A stretch of DNA of 64,000 bases from the human T2T-CHM13v2.0 reference genome, Homo sapiens. The notes below the pieces were generated by a model, which saw nothing but the letters and a program-made list of their open reading frames with translations, did no database searches and had not been told where the DNA came from. The first letter of the stretch is position 1, and each line of letters begins with the position of its first letter. This document shows positions 1-13,512 of the stretch, one piece after another. A program made the position numbers and the translations under genes. The stretch spans positions 28,640,001 to 28,704,000 of the forward strand of contig CP068257.2 of the NCBI GenBank assembly GCA_009914755.4, read 5' to 3'.

Positions 1-2342
1 AAATATTTATACTCCCCTTATATACTTCTTGTTTCATCATCTATTGTTTCTCCTCATAACATTACACTAAAAAAATAAGGAAAATAAGGGTATGTCTGCA
101 TTCTGTCAAATAAATATCTTCCATTTCAAGTTCAATTTGCATCCTAAGTGTGATAACAATAGAAAAAAGCCATAATGGAGTGGAGTGATGTCGTCTGATT
201 TACTTTACACCATGAACTCCTTTTCAGATAAATGTAGACTGGTCGTGCCCCTACAATACAAGTCTTCATTAATTAGTTATTTACCAGTTACTTATTGTTA
301 AACCACCTTCCCTTAAATGATAGGTAGTGTGACCTATTTTAGGAGGCACTGTTTTGGGTCCGGAGAAACCACTCTTTGTTACTAACTGGGTTCTGAACAC
401 TCTGAAATGGCAAAAAGTTGCAGGCAGGGAACACATATGTCACCTTTATTTTTGACAGTAGAACTAGGTGTGTTAAAACAAATGGCTTTGCCAACACTAA
501 ACCCTAGAATCAGACTGAGTTACCCATGTCAGGGTAGCATGGGTCCAGGAGAAGTTCCCTAAGATGGGGAAAGTAGTGGGAGTGGACAGCCCGTGGGCAA
601 TTTGTACATGAATAAAGAAGGGTTCCCAAGAAGGGGAGGGTCAGGGATGAAAGGCACATTCTTCTCGGATATATCAATCATAAAGATGTCTTCATCTCTC
701 CAGAGGCTGAGTGAATAAAGGGTTAGAGAGAGGTCAGAAGGACATTTAGGGGAAAGTCATTCCTCATAGGAAACAGTAGTGAGAAAAAAGCTCTTTTAAT
801 ACCCTAGACTACTAAAACAAAAATAATTTAGATTCTGGCTCTAGCTTCCTAACTAACTAGCTCTAAAACCTTGGATTGTGGTTCTCAATCACATCCTCTA
901 CAGAAAAAAAGGCTGTAGAGTTGGCGAATTTTAGGGCCTCTTCCTTTTTATAATACAACAAAATTACTGTCATTTGTCATTTGTTGAGCACTAGTCCTAG
1001 GCACTGTGTCAGAGCATCTTACACTCTCCTTTATTTAATTCTCAGAAAGTCCATCACTCTATAAAAATCCAGAGGGTTAAATGATGGTTTATGTCATACA
1101 AGTTAAGTAGAATAGTCGGGATTGCAACTCAAGGTCAATGAGTCACTCTGCTCTGCTCATGATATGTGAATTAAGGTGCCATACACAATACATGAAGAAA
1201 GAAGCACTTGGTATCTTGGTATTTTTCTTTGAGTCTATCAGCCGCCAAATATTTCTCAAAATTACTCAAGATTTATATTACAACCAGCTATTGTAGCACA
1301 AAATAGAAATTGAATATCTTCCCCAATCTGGGAGAAAAGAGCTCAGAAACGACTCCTACTTATTAGAGATTACTGAGTAAAGTTGCAAATTGATGAAAAA
1401 GACTAGACTCTGTAGTAATACATCCTCAGTGCCTTCACTCCAGGTAAAAAATGGTTCACCGTAAGAAGTCACAACTGTGACAATAATAATCGTCATTATC
1501 ATAGTTGTTGCCTGAAAGATAGAATTCTGGACTTAAAATCTTTATTTTTTCTATTTTGAATGAAACCATTCCAGATTGAGAATATTTATTCTTTAGATAA
1601 AGAAACTTTAACATAATTCTTTGCATTAAATAGCAGAATCTGAATTTAAATTTGGGGATTGTATATTTTTGATTTAAAAAATAAGAAAATTACTTTCCAC
1701 TTTTGAATAATTTTTCCTTTAAATATGTGAGACCCTGGAATTTGAGGCAGTAAACAATTGCATCGCCCAGAGTTTTCTGGACTCCAGACTGTAAGACACT
1801 GAAAACAAAGGTGAGAGCTGAGCTTCAAATGCTATTCTGATTTTTCAGTCACCTGACTGTAGATAGATAGCTTGGGGACTCGCTGAGTCCTGTCAATCAG
1901 ATTAAACTCACAGACAGAAAGAACAAGAACCATGGGCATAATGAGTAGTTGAAGACAGGAAACATTTTATTAGATCAGCTCTGAGACAACACCTATGCAC
2001 ATCTGATCAAGAATTCAGTTTGCTTCTGATTCTAATTCTGCAGTAATCTAGAAACCATGATTCCAGCCAGCACTGATATAAGTGGAAATTTTAGCATGGA
2101 CAGTACAGTATTGGGGGTTATGGATAGAGTTCCATGATCTTGGAATATTCTCTCATAATGTTGGGAGTGGCAGTATGGTTAATTGAACTGTCATGTGAAA
2201 CCTCTGCTCATTAAGGGCCTCCTGGTAAGTGGAAACCCTTTTCCTTTAGTGAATCGCATGTAGCACACTAACTGTATGATGAGAAATTTGATAGGCAGCT
2301 TGTGGTGAACTCAAAGAAAAAAAAATTAAGAAACTCAATGGA

Positions 2343-2640
<298 letters not shown>

Positions 2641-3645
2641 ATGAACAAACAGAAAAACCAAATGTAATGGAACAAAAATGTTTCACTGGACTTAGAAAAT
2701 ATGTAGGCTTAATACACCCATCAGAAAATACATTCTATGAAAGAAGGGTTCAGAAAGATAGTGGTCAGTAATACAGTTTCAAGATAGCAGGCAGAAATAA
2801 ATATGAAAATTATGCTATATATTAATGCTTTTCATAGCACGCCAAATGTAGTAGCTTTGTCAACTCTTTAAACTATATTATAAATTGTTAGTCATCGAAA
2901 CATAAACTGTCTTGTATATACATTAAAACAGATTTTCATGGTTAAGTAGATTGTGCATTAAATAAATTCTAGGGTAGAGTTTTGCTTGATTCATACATTT
3001 GGGACAGAAGGTGCATATGTATTGTGTTTTCTTGTACTTCTTTCTCTGTTGTCTATAAAAGTGAGGGGGTATGCCTAAGAAACACCTGGATGCTCATAGC
3101 TCCTTATAGCTCATATTTGGATTTGTAAAATGTTTACAGCTGTGAAAAGTGATACTTCAGTTTATAATCAGCGTTTATTTCTTGCAAAACAAATGAAAAT
3201 TAGGTTGTTATCTTTTATTTAGGAGGCAGAAAAATTTGATCTACTATGCAGTGAAATTTATGGGAAAAGAAGTTTAAATTGTGTATTTTTAAACACACAT
3301 TTAAAGGATCTCGGCTGATTTCTTGTCACTGGAGCAATGGACATAGTATGTTGTTTACTAGCGATATTCTTTGCCTAAATAAAATTTAACTAAAATTGAA
3401 TCAGACAAAACATATGAATCCTCACATCCTATGGCTTTCTAGAAGGCAATGTGCTATACAGGACTGATGCCTATTTCATTTTGCTATTCAATGTTTTTAT
3501 TAATAGTAGTTTGGAGAATGTCGTTGACTCTAGCAATTCTTAGGATGGGGCCATCTTTATTTCTCAGTACTTCTATTTTTCTAAATTTTAAAAATTACTT
3601 GCTCATCAAAGCATAATTGTTAAGTCTAAAAATCACTTTAAGAAT

Positions 3646-4200
3646 CTAGAACTAGAAATACCATTTGACCCAGTAATCCGATTACTGGGTATGCACCCCA
3701 AGGATTATAAATCATTCTACTATAAAGACACATGCACACGTATGTTTATTGTGGCACTATTCACAATAGGAAAGACTTGGAACCAAGCCAAATGTCTATC
3801 AATGATAGACTGGATAAAGAAAACATAGCACATATACACCATGGAACACTCTGCAGCCATAAAAAAGATGAATTCATGCCTTTTGCAGGGACATGGATGA
3901 AGCTGGAAACCATCATTCTCAGCAAACTAACACAAGAACAGAAAATCAAACACCTCATGTTCTCACTCATAAATAGGACTAGAACAATGAGAACACATGG
4001 ACACAGGGAGGGGAACATCACACACCTGGGCCTGTCGGTGGGTGGGAGTCTTGGGGAGGGATAGCATTAGGAGAAATACCTAATGTAGGTGACGGGTTGA
4101 TGGGTGCAGCAAACCACCATGGCACGTGTATGGTTATGTAACAAACCTGCACGTTCTGCACATGCACCCCAGAACTTAAAGTATATTAAAAAAGAAAAAC
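3646..4200 (+). mobile_element. LINE-1 3' end (ORF2 C-terminal codons + 3'UTR, L1PA-like)
   Basis: ctagaactagaaataccatttgacccag...tattcacaatag...aaatgtctatcaatgatagactggataaagaaaa... ends ...taacaaacctgcacgttctgcacatgcaccccagaacttaaagtatattaaaaaa. The ORF at 3732..4064 is the remnant of the ORF2 C-terminus. Confidence 0.85.
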
Positions 4201-4839
4201 AGAATATCCAATCCTCATTTCCAAGACTTCTCCAAAGCTAACAATTTTTGTGTAGGCTGTGTTTTTGTAAAGCTTTTTATTCTCTCTCTCTGTATATGTA
4301 CACACGCACATACACACTATAATATACAAATGTATATTACATAAAGAAATGTTTGTTTATTTGCAAGTGGTTATACATAAAATATGCCAGTCTACATAAT
4401 TTTATAGATCGTATTTATTAATTTTATAACTTTTTGTCATATTAATTCATATGGATCTATTCCATCCTTTTTATCTGTTGTAAAATATTTATTCATATGA
4501 CTATATTATAATTTATAGTCTCCAACTGATGAACTTTTTCATTGTTCTCAATTTTTCAGCGTCCAGGTGGTGCTGAGGTGAATATTGTAGAACGTGAAAG
4601 GATGTTTAGGTAGAAGGGACTTTGAGAAGTGAATTTACCTTGTCATAAAGTGTGGGTATTTTAAATATTCACATATATAGTGGCTGTTAAATTCCATTTC
4701 CATCTGCAGTATGTGAGAATATATTTTTAAGTTGCCACATGATTAACTTTAAAAAAGTTTGCCAAATGGATGATTACAAATAATATTTTGTAGGTTATAA
4801 TTACCTATTACTAAGGTTGAACACTTTTTAATATTTTTA

Positions 4840-5500
<661 letters not shown>

Positions 5501-6681
5501 TAAGGTAATGTCTTATATTTTCCCTTTTTTATTTTAGGCGTTCTTTTTTCTACTTAAATTTAACTACACCTCTTTTCAAATTTGCCTGTCACCTCACACA
5601 TTTTTTTCCATTGAGTACTCATACCCTAGTTACCTCACCATTCAGATGTCACTTCCATGCCATTTCTTCCCCTGAGTGTTCTTTTGTTCTTCAGGTTAGG
5701 AGCAATCTTCTTGCCTGCCAGAGAGTCTTGCAAAAAAAAAAAAAAAAAAGGTGATTTTCTTTTCTTCTCCGGAAGTTTTTATATTGTACTTAAACTAGTC
5801 AAGACAGTATTATGCTTGTTTCAGTATATTATTCTTCCAAATAGTTCTTGAGAACAAGATCTATAAATCTTGATATCCCCAAAGAGTCCTACTCAGTGTC
5901 TCAAAGAATAAGTTTACCATTAACTTTTGTAAAGAGAAAAAAAAATGTATGTTTAGTTTGGACAACTGAATGCTCATCTGGGACACACAGTAATTATTTC
6001 CAAATACTTGAACACCTATCCTAGGTTAAAGGAATTGAAGTGGTCCTATATGGTCAATAGATCATTGCTAAGGGCAACTATACAGTATTTTTCTCAATAC
6101 GAAGAAGAAATTTTCAGCAAATAGAATTCTCTGAAAATTGAACGAACTCACACAGGAGTGACTTGATTATTCCCAGCCTCATTCAAGCAGAAGCAGTGCA
6201 TTAATATTTCTTCTAAAGCCCTTTGTACACACAGTAGTCCTACTGAAGGAATGAATGACATATTAGCTCTATTTATATGCTTCGTGAGTTTTAATTTTAA
6301 ACATTGACTCTTGATATTGGGGTTTCTTCCCCATCTTTCCAGACTTCAGTTACACCCATCTCTGGGGATCATTTTATTTTTCTTTAAATATGATTTGCTT
6401 TTTATTTACAAAAATGCTTAGGGTATTTATCATGTTGTTTTCACCACTCAAATAGATGATTTTATTTTCATTTTTTGGGTAATAACTTACAGAGGTTAAA
6501 TGACTTCTAGGAGGTTCAATATTAAATTTATTTAACTGCTGAAACCTTATCTACAAAACCAATAAATACACATACTGTGCTGAGAAATAAACGTATGTTT
6601 AATACTCTATGTACTCTTTATTAAATTGATTTATGTTTCCAAATTTCTGTATATCAATATTAATGTAGACATTCTAGGTGA

Positions 6682-7101
<420 letters not shown>

Positions 7102-8038
7102 TGACAATGCTATGTATATTGCCCAGAATATGGATGAAATTTTAGTAAATGTGAAATAAAGCATAAGGAAAGCCATTACTTCCAGACAGAAATTTGTTTA
7201 TTAACTAAGAACTAGGACATTTTCCAGAGTCAGAATGCAATAAATTGGCAAGGCAAGATGATAGGAGAATCCTAAACGCAGATTACACATAATTGTAAAG
7301 GGTCTCTAACAGTATTTGTTCTTCTTTCAACAAATAATTTTCATGCTTTAGCTAATTCTGAGGCTTTTTCTTAGGCATGGAGAACAAAAGCTGAGTACCA
7401 GTGAATCTTGTTTTATGGCTTCTCTGGAAGAGAAGATTTGCTGAAGTCTTCTATTTTTGAGCTCTAGTCACCATTGCTATTTGCCTGTTCTTACAATCAA
7501 TCAGTAAGAAAAGGATGAAATAGTTCAACTTATTATGCTCAAGATAGTGTTTTCTATCGGCTTATTAGCAAGGTGCTAGTTAGGTAGTTGACAAAAATAT
7601 TAATGACAATCAAAGCCATCCGAATGAATTTGCATGCTGGAATCTGCAGTCAAACCATGGAGGCCCCATTTCATCAGGAAAGGTAGGTGATAATCACACT
7701 GTCAGACAAGTGACAGTGACAGCCAAAGTAAGAAAGCCGGTGATGGTTGTATTTCAAATGGAGTCTCTTCGGTAAGTCCATTGTAATAAATCTCAGAAAT
7801 AATGATGTTACCTTCAGGGTCAGCTTTTAGTACAAAGAGCAATAACAGAACAACAGAAAAAAGAAAACCTAGCAGGTGATACTGGCTGTGGTTAATAAAC
7901 CTGGGAGTTGTATTTGAACTTAATGTAACAAGATTCTTAGGCTGAATAAAGAGATTCAGCAGAAAATTAGACGTTCTAGTACTTAGTAGAATCTTCCCCA
8001 TTGGGCAATTTCCAGCTGCTATAAATTCTGGAAGTTGG

Positions 8039-8803
8039 TCAATAGCATTTCAGAGGTCTGCTACCACTGCACAAATACCTCAGAGGTGGAAAGGTACTGG
8101 GTATATAGCTCAGAGATCTGAAGCTTCTAGATAAATAGCTCAGTGGTCGGCAGCTCGTAGGCCTGTAGCTTGAATAGTGATAATTTCTCACTAAATAGCT
8201 TTGGGGTTGGCAGCTGTTGGAAATATAACATAATGGTGAGACGTAGCTGGGTATGAAGCAAGGATTTTGGTAGCTTTTATACCCCAAAGTACTCAATCTG
8301 CAGTGGTTTAGAGTTTGGAAACTCTTGGATAAGCAGTTAAGTTGTCCAAAGCAGTTGGAACCGTTGCGGAGGGTTTGGCAGGCTTTGGATGCATTTCGAG
8401 TGGGTATGTGGCAATTGCATACATACCCATTGGTCTGGGTGCTTGGGCTGCAGCTGGGGCTGGGGCTGACGTTGGTAGTTTCACAGACACTGAAGACTTG
8501 GCCTGCTGATGGGGAGTTGCAGGGCACAGAGGAGTTTGACGGGTCACAACCAGTGGTACTGCAGGTCTTGGGCTCACAGCTGGGAGATTTGCAGGTTGGT
8601 GCTTCACCGTAGGATTCTTGGCAGTAATCCAGGAGCCAGAGATTTCCTTGGTAGCTACTGGGTAAGCAGTGTCCAAAGGTAGGGCTTAAATCACTGGAGC
8701 TAAGAGTAACAGAAGAGGTCACTGGGATATAACAGTGAGTTCTGTATGATGTGGTACTGCAGACCCCAGGATAGCCTGTAGTAGACATGGAGCCTGCAGG
8801 CAT
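8039..8803 (-). CDS. KRTAP24-1: Keratin-associated protein 24-1 (single exon, 254 aa)
   Basis: Minus-strand ORF. The downstream ATG at 8801..8803 gives a 254-aa Cys/Ser/Pro/Tyr-rich protein MPAGSMSTTGYPGVCSTTSYRTHCYIPVTSS...LDYCQESYGEAPTCKSPSCEPKTC...CRPLSYLSRSFRSLSYIPSTFPPLRYLCSGSRPLKCY, with typical KAP pentapeptide/decapeptide repeats. Length and position (about 6.5 kb from the KRTAP25-1 ORF, same strand) match my recollection of KRTAP24-1. The ORF track extends to an upstream in-frame ATG at 8927..8929, which I regard as upstream of the promoter. Confidence 0.8.
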   Translation of the reverse strand: MPAGSMSTTGYPGVCSTTSYRTHCYIPVTSSVTLSSSDLSPTFGHCLPSSYQGNLWLLDYCQESYGEAPTCKSPSCEPKTCSTTGCDPSNSSVPCNSPSAGQVFSVCETTNVSPSPSCSPSTQTNGYVCNCHIPTRNASKACQTLRNGSNCFGQLNCLSKSFQTLNHCRLSTLGYKSYQNPCFIPSYVSPLCYISNSCQPQSYLVRNYHYSSYRPTSCRPLSYLSRSFRSLSYIPSTFPPLRYLCSGSRPLKCY

Positions 8804-8844
8804 GCTCAGTGGTCGCTGTGCAGTGTGTCTGTGGCCTAAGGACG

Positions 8845-8851
8845 TTTTATA
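8845..8851 (-). promoter_or_regulatory. KRTAP24-1: TATA box (TATAAAA on minus strand) about 45 nt upstream of the KRTAP24-1 ATG
   Basis: Minus strand reads ggTATAAAAcgtcc. It lies between the two in-frame ATGs, which supports the 254-aa start. Confidence 0.5.
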
Positions 8852-11800
8852 CCTTCCCTGGTGATTGTCAAAAGCCTCTCCAGACTCTTTCTTCTGTCTG
8901 CTTGGGGCAATAACACAGCAACATCTCATTAGTGTGTTGGTTAGCCACAGAGGCTAATGTTTTCACACGTGTAAAAATAAGTTTATTTTAATTCTTCAAA
9001 GTATCCATAATCACCACTTTGACCATCACCCATCACTCATCATCTGTAGACCATACCTTCAGCAAATAGTGATTTTCATGTTAATAGGCAAACTCTCATC
9101 TGTCAATCAGAGGTTAACAAGAGTTCATGGGTCTATGGGCTTCTGCAACATGGTTATTTAAAGGTTCACAAGGACTCAAGTAAAGCAAGTAACCTGTATT
9201 TTTCCACGCTGTTAACTACTGGAAAACACTGAAGGACTTAATCATATACTCTGAAATAAGTCAAGTAGTTTGTCTGTCTCAACATGGTTACTCAAAAGCA
9301 GGCATTGACCTTTCAAGAATCAGTTTTCCAAATATGTGCTATACTCTTACCTGTGCAGGGCCATATACTGGTAACGGCTTCTCATGTAATGTATTAGGAG
9401 AAGTTCATAGGTAAGACTCACAGCAATACTTGGGAAACTTGGTGACCAACACCTGGCTAAAAATGAACTTGTTCCCAGGGGGCATTTGTTGCTAAGCAAC
9501 CAAGACTTCTGTTAAATCCCTTCTTAAAGAGTGTCGGCAATATGCACTATCAAATAAACCCAGCTTTGCAAGATGATACCTTCCTAATTGACTAAGATTA
9601 CATATCACATGTTCCATTGCCTGCTGTAAACCCCAATTGCTGTCAGATGTAAATATTTTCCCCGTTTTTCCCCAAATAAGTTCTCTTATTCTTTATTTGC
9701 TTTCTTTTGCACCTACACTTTATTTTACTCCTGTGTTGAAAAATGCAGTTATTTTTAGTTTATGTCAATGAAAGGAAATAACTCTTTAAAAGTTTTATCT
9801 GAATAAACTGTATAGTTCTTACAAGCACTGTATATATGAAATAGCACTTTTTACTACTCAGGGTGAAGGCTAAAGAATTTTTTTAAAGATTTTAATTTAT
9901 ACTGAAGAACTGAAATTTTGTTCTTCAAATATAAAATTATAATTTATAATTCCAGCCTCTATTGAATTGGAAACAGCAATGCATTTATTAACTGTGAAGA
10001 GTTCAGACAGAGAATAGAACAGTCTTCTTCAGGTATAATCAGCTATAGGGATAGTTTTTTAAATTAACTCTCTTTATAGCAAACTATGAGATTTCTCTCA
10101 CTGTTTTCGGTTACTTTTCAGTCAGATTTTTCAAATGCACAGCAATTTAAACCTACAGATATTCTCTTTTTTTTAAAAAAGATCTCCATTTTCTCAGTGC
10201 TTTTCTCAGTATTTGTTCTGTAAGTTGACAATAAGCAATTCTGTATTAAACATGTTTTGCTGCCTTCTGCAGTATCTCTCAGGTGACAAAGGCCACAATC
10301 ATGAAACTGTATTTCCAGTAAATTGTTTGGCTATAGAGAGCCTTGGGATTTTGTGCGGAAAATGTTAGTCCTGAGGCAGGCAAAATAGGAAAGAAGATAC
10401 ATGGGCAGTTAGTTGACGGCCAACTTTCCGCTAAGTTACTGAGCCCCAGTGATACACAGAAAAGCCACAGGTTGATGAAGCTTTATTTCTACAGTTCTCT
10501 ATTGTATCATTGTTGCCTCTAGTCTTTTTTTCTTAGGCATCCTTGAAGCAGGTTTGAGGGCTAACACCATTAACAAACACAGAATGAGTTAAGTCAGTTA
10601 CTGTAAAGCTCACATTCTTCCCTTCCATCTTAAAATTAAATAGTGAGGTATTTTGAATTAATTTGATTCACACAGGTGTAAGTCTAAAAAATAATGTGGA
10701 ACATCATATGGCATGACCAATATTCAAAGCATGAGCCATTAGAACATATTTAAATTGATTTTGCTATGATAATATTCTAAACAAATAAACAATGAGATTT
10801 GAGAAAGGAACCCTAGCTCATTTCCTCTCATTTGCTTTTGTGTTTCCTCTCCTTCCTTACTCAGAACATCACACACCTGTAGAAACAACATCCCATCCCA
10901 TTCACACCATCATTTTCTGTACATGATTCCTCTGCACAATTGTGTCCTACTCTAATCTCAACCTTTGAAAGAGATGGAGCACACCGCATCAGAAATATAG
11001 CAAATATCAGGTTCATAGCGATGGCAGGCTTGAGTAGAAAATAAAGACCATTGTCGTTTGAGTGGCATCGTGGTCTGAAGGCTTTGGAGAGTCATATGCA
11101 TTTCTCTGTTTTCACTTAACTCCTAAAATAATGTTTTCTTCCATTAATTCCCCTGTTATTAGTATTTGTTGTGTGCGGAAGTCCGAATAATGCACCCACC
11201 CAAGAGGGTCACATTCCAGTACTGGGAAATCTGTGAATGCTACGTGACACGGCAAAAAGGGACTGTGCAGGTGTGATTAAATTAAGGATCTTGAAGTGGA
11301 TTATCTGGGTGGGCCTGATGTAATTTCCAGACAATATGAGGATGGAAACAGAGTTTGGAATGATGTGGCCACAAGCTAAGGAATGTCAGCAATCGTTATA
11401 ATCCAAAAAAGGTAGGGAATGTATTTCTCCCTGGGGATTCCAGGAGGAATCAGCACTGTTGATAACTTCACTTTGGGTCAGCGAAGCAGCTTTTGAACTG
11501 TAGCCTCTAGAACTGTAAGAAAATACACTTTTGTTGTTTTATGCCTTTCCATTGAGTTTGTGGTAAGTTGTTACAGCTGTCACAGGAAATAAATACACTA
11601 TGCCAGAAAAGTGTAGGAAAATATAATAGATAGTCCTTATGTAGTTTGAGAAGTTTGCACTCTGTATTCAGGGAAAGTTTAAGATGTAAGGAATGAGCTT
11701 CCTAGCTATCAGATAATTCAGAGAGATACCAATACTGTCTGTGGAATACGCAACAAACTTCCTGTATCTAATGAGCCAGCAGACTCCTTTCCTCATTAAA

Positions 11801-13036
11801 AAAGAGTTGTGGAATTCTTTCCCAGTTTTATCCAAAGGTTAAAAATCCTTTAGGGTAAACAGAAGATCAAATAAAGCTAAATTTTCCAGTAAATGGCCCT
11901 TAAAAAAAGTAATAGAGGACACTTTTCTAGTCTTTTAGGTCAAACAAAATTTTATATTCCCTTTTGCTACTATATATGCAGTAATGTATTTTTCCACTTG
12001 CCAAGATGGTGTTAAATTAGGCAAAACTGATCTTATGACTGAAAAAGCAAAATGTTTGTGAATCCATACTTAAATAACAATTGAATTGCAAATATTGAGT
12101 CAAAATGATTCTTACATTTAGCATTGGTAACCTAAAATATTGGTTACTTGCTGTTTACAAGTAGCATTTATATTGCTGTAAATGTAATGCAGCATTTACA
12201 TTGTTGGCTTAATAGATCGTTAGTGGTTTAAGAAGCTGAAGAACAGATGAGAAATATAAAAAATTTTAAGAAACAGAAATAAATGAAGGTAAAGCCTTTA
12301 AAAAATGATAGCACAAATGGGTGGAAAGAGGAATTTTCATGCTTAAATTCAGGGAAACATGGTATACATGTAATGAAATACAACTGTAGTAAAAGTTAAA
12401 CATTTTTAAATGGAACTGTCAGGACTGTGCCCTACTGAGTTATGCATTACTGTCTTGCTGACTACCATTTAAATGTATTTATTAGCATGTACCTTGGAAA
12501 ATTGTTCTCTCTCAGTACATCAGTATCTTAAATAAAACTGGAGCTAATAGCATGTACTTTGCAGGACTTTCCTGCAGATGCAATGAGATAATAAATATGA
12601 AAATACCTAGAAAAGTGCAATGGACATAGTAGATGCAAATTAAATCTTTTCTTTCTAATTTTCTAATGCTCCACTTTAGGGAATTCCGGTCACCAATTAG
12701 ACTAAAAAATATTATTTGCAATTTACTTTGATGTTGTAAACACATAGTCCTACAATAATCATTGTGTCCTTTAAAAGTAAATGCTAAAAATGAACAATTC
12801 TACCTTGTGTAGTTAAGAAAAATGACTTGCTTGACAACAGGCTACTAATGACTCCTCTTGTATAACTCAAATCCTTCAGTGTCATATATCATTAGCTAGT
12901 TCCTGGAAGCCGTATATGTATTGCTAGCAATAAAGGCTCAATGCTCAAATTCCCTGGACTCTAATCCTGTTTCTGATGCTCAGTTTGACTACCACGTGTT
13001 TCTGTAACTTAATTTCCACCTCTTCAAAATAAAGCT

Positions 13037-13190
13037 AATAGTAGTATTTGCTCCACAGGTGGCTATGAGAATTAAATAGGTAGCTGTGAGAATTAATAGT
13101 AGTATTTGCTCCATAGGTGGCTGTATTTATTAAATTAAATAAATACTACTAATAGTAGTATTTGCTCAATAGGTGGGTGTGAGAGTTGGT
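13037..13190. repeat. Tandem repeat, about 57-bp unit x3 (aatagtagtatttgctccataggtggctgtgagaatta...)
   Basis: Three successive diverged copies begin near 13039, 13095 and 13152. Confidence 0.7.
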
Positions 13191-13341
13191 CAAGCACAGC
13201 ATAGGAAATATAGTTTTGTGTAGCTGATGTTTTGATGTTAACCTTTATCATTATCATCAGCCTATAATATTTGTTAGTATTATTATTTTTTATTGTCATT
13301 GGATCTCATCTAAAACTTACTGCATTTTGTATGTGTACATC

Positions 13342-13512
13342 AAAAGCAAGAAGAAAGAAAAAATAAAGAAGGAAGGAAGCAAGAAAGGAAGGGATGGAGG
13401 GAGGGAAGAAGGAAGGGAGAGGAAGAAGGAAGGAGGGAGGGAGGAAAAATGGAAGGAAAGAGAGAGGAAAGAAGGAAGAAAGGAAGGAAGGAAGGAAAAA
13501 GGAAGGAAAGAA
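13342..13512. repeat. Polypurine/polypyrimidine tract ((GGAA)/(GAAG)n-like, about 170 bp, >95% purine on plus strand)
   Basis: aagaagaaagaaaaaataaagaaggaaggaagcaagaaaggaagggatggagggagggaagaaggaagggagaggaagaagg...ggaaggaaggaaggaaaaaggaaggaaagaa. Both ORFs reported here (K/E/R-rich and F/L/P/S-rich) are low-complexity artifacts. Confidence 0.9.

Noticed and set aside
3732-4064. 110-aa plus ORF MHTYVYCGTIHNRKDLEPSQMSINDRLDKENIAHIHHGTLCSHKKDEFMPFAGTWMKLETIILSKLTQEQK...
   Set aside because: It is the remnant C-terminal coding region of LINE-1 ORF2 within a 5'-truncated L1 3' end, not an independent gene.
7893-7902. Possible poly(A) signal for KRTAP24-1 (plus-strand ttaataaacc)
   Set aside because: On the minus (gene) strand this reads ggtttattaacc, which contains neither AATAAA nor ATTAAA. 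No convincing signal was found within 450 nt downstream of the stop, so none is reported.
8308-8676. 122-aa minus-strand alternate-frame ORF and 95-aa plus-strand ORF (8325..8612) inside KRTAP24-1
   Set aside because: Same composition artifact as above. Only the 254-aa frame has KAP repeat structure.
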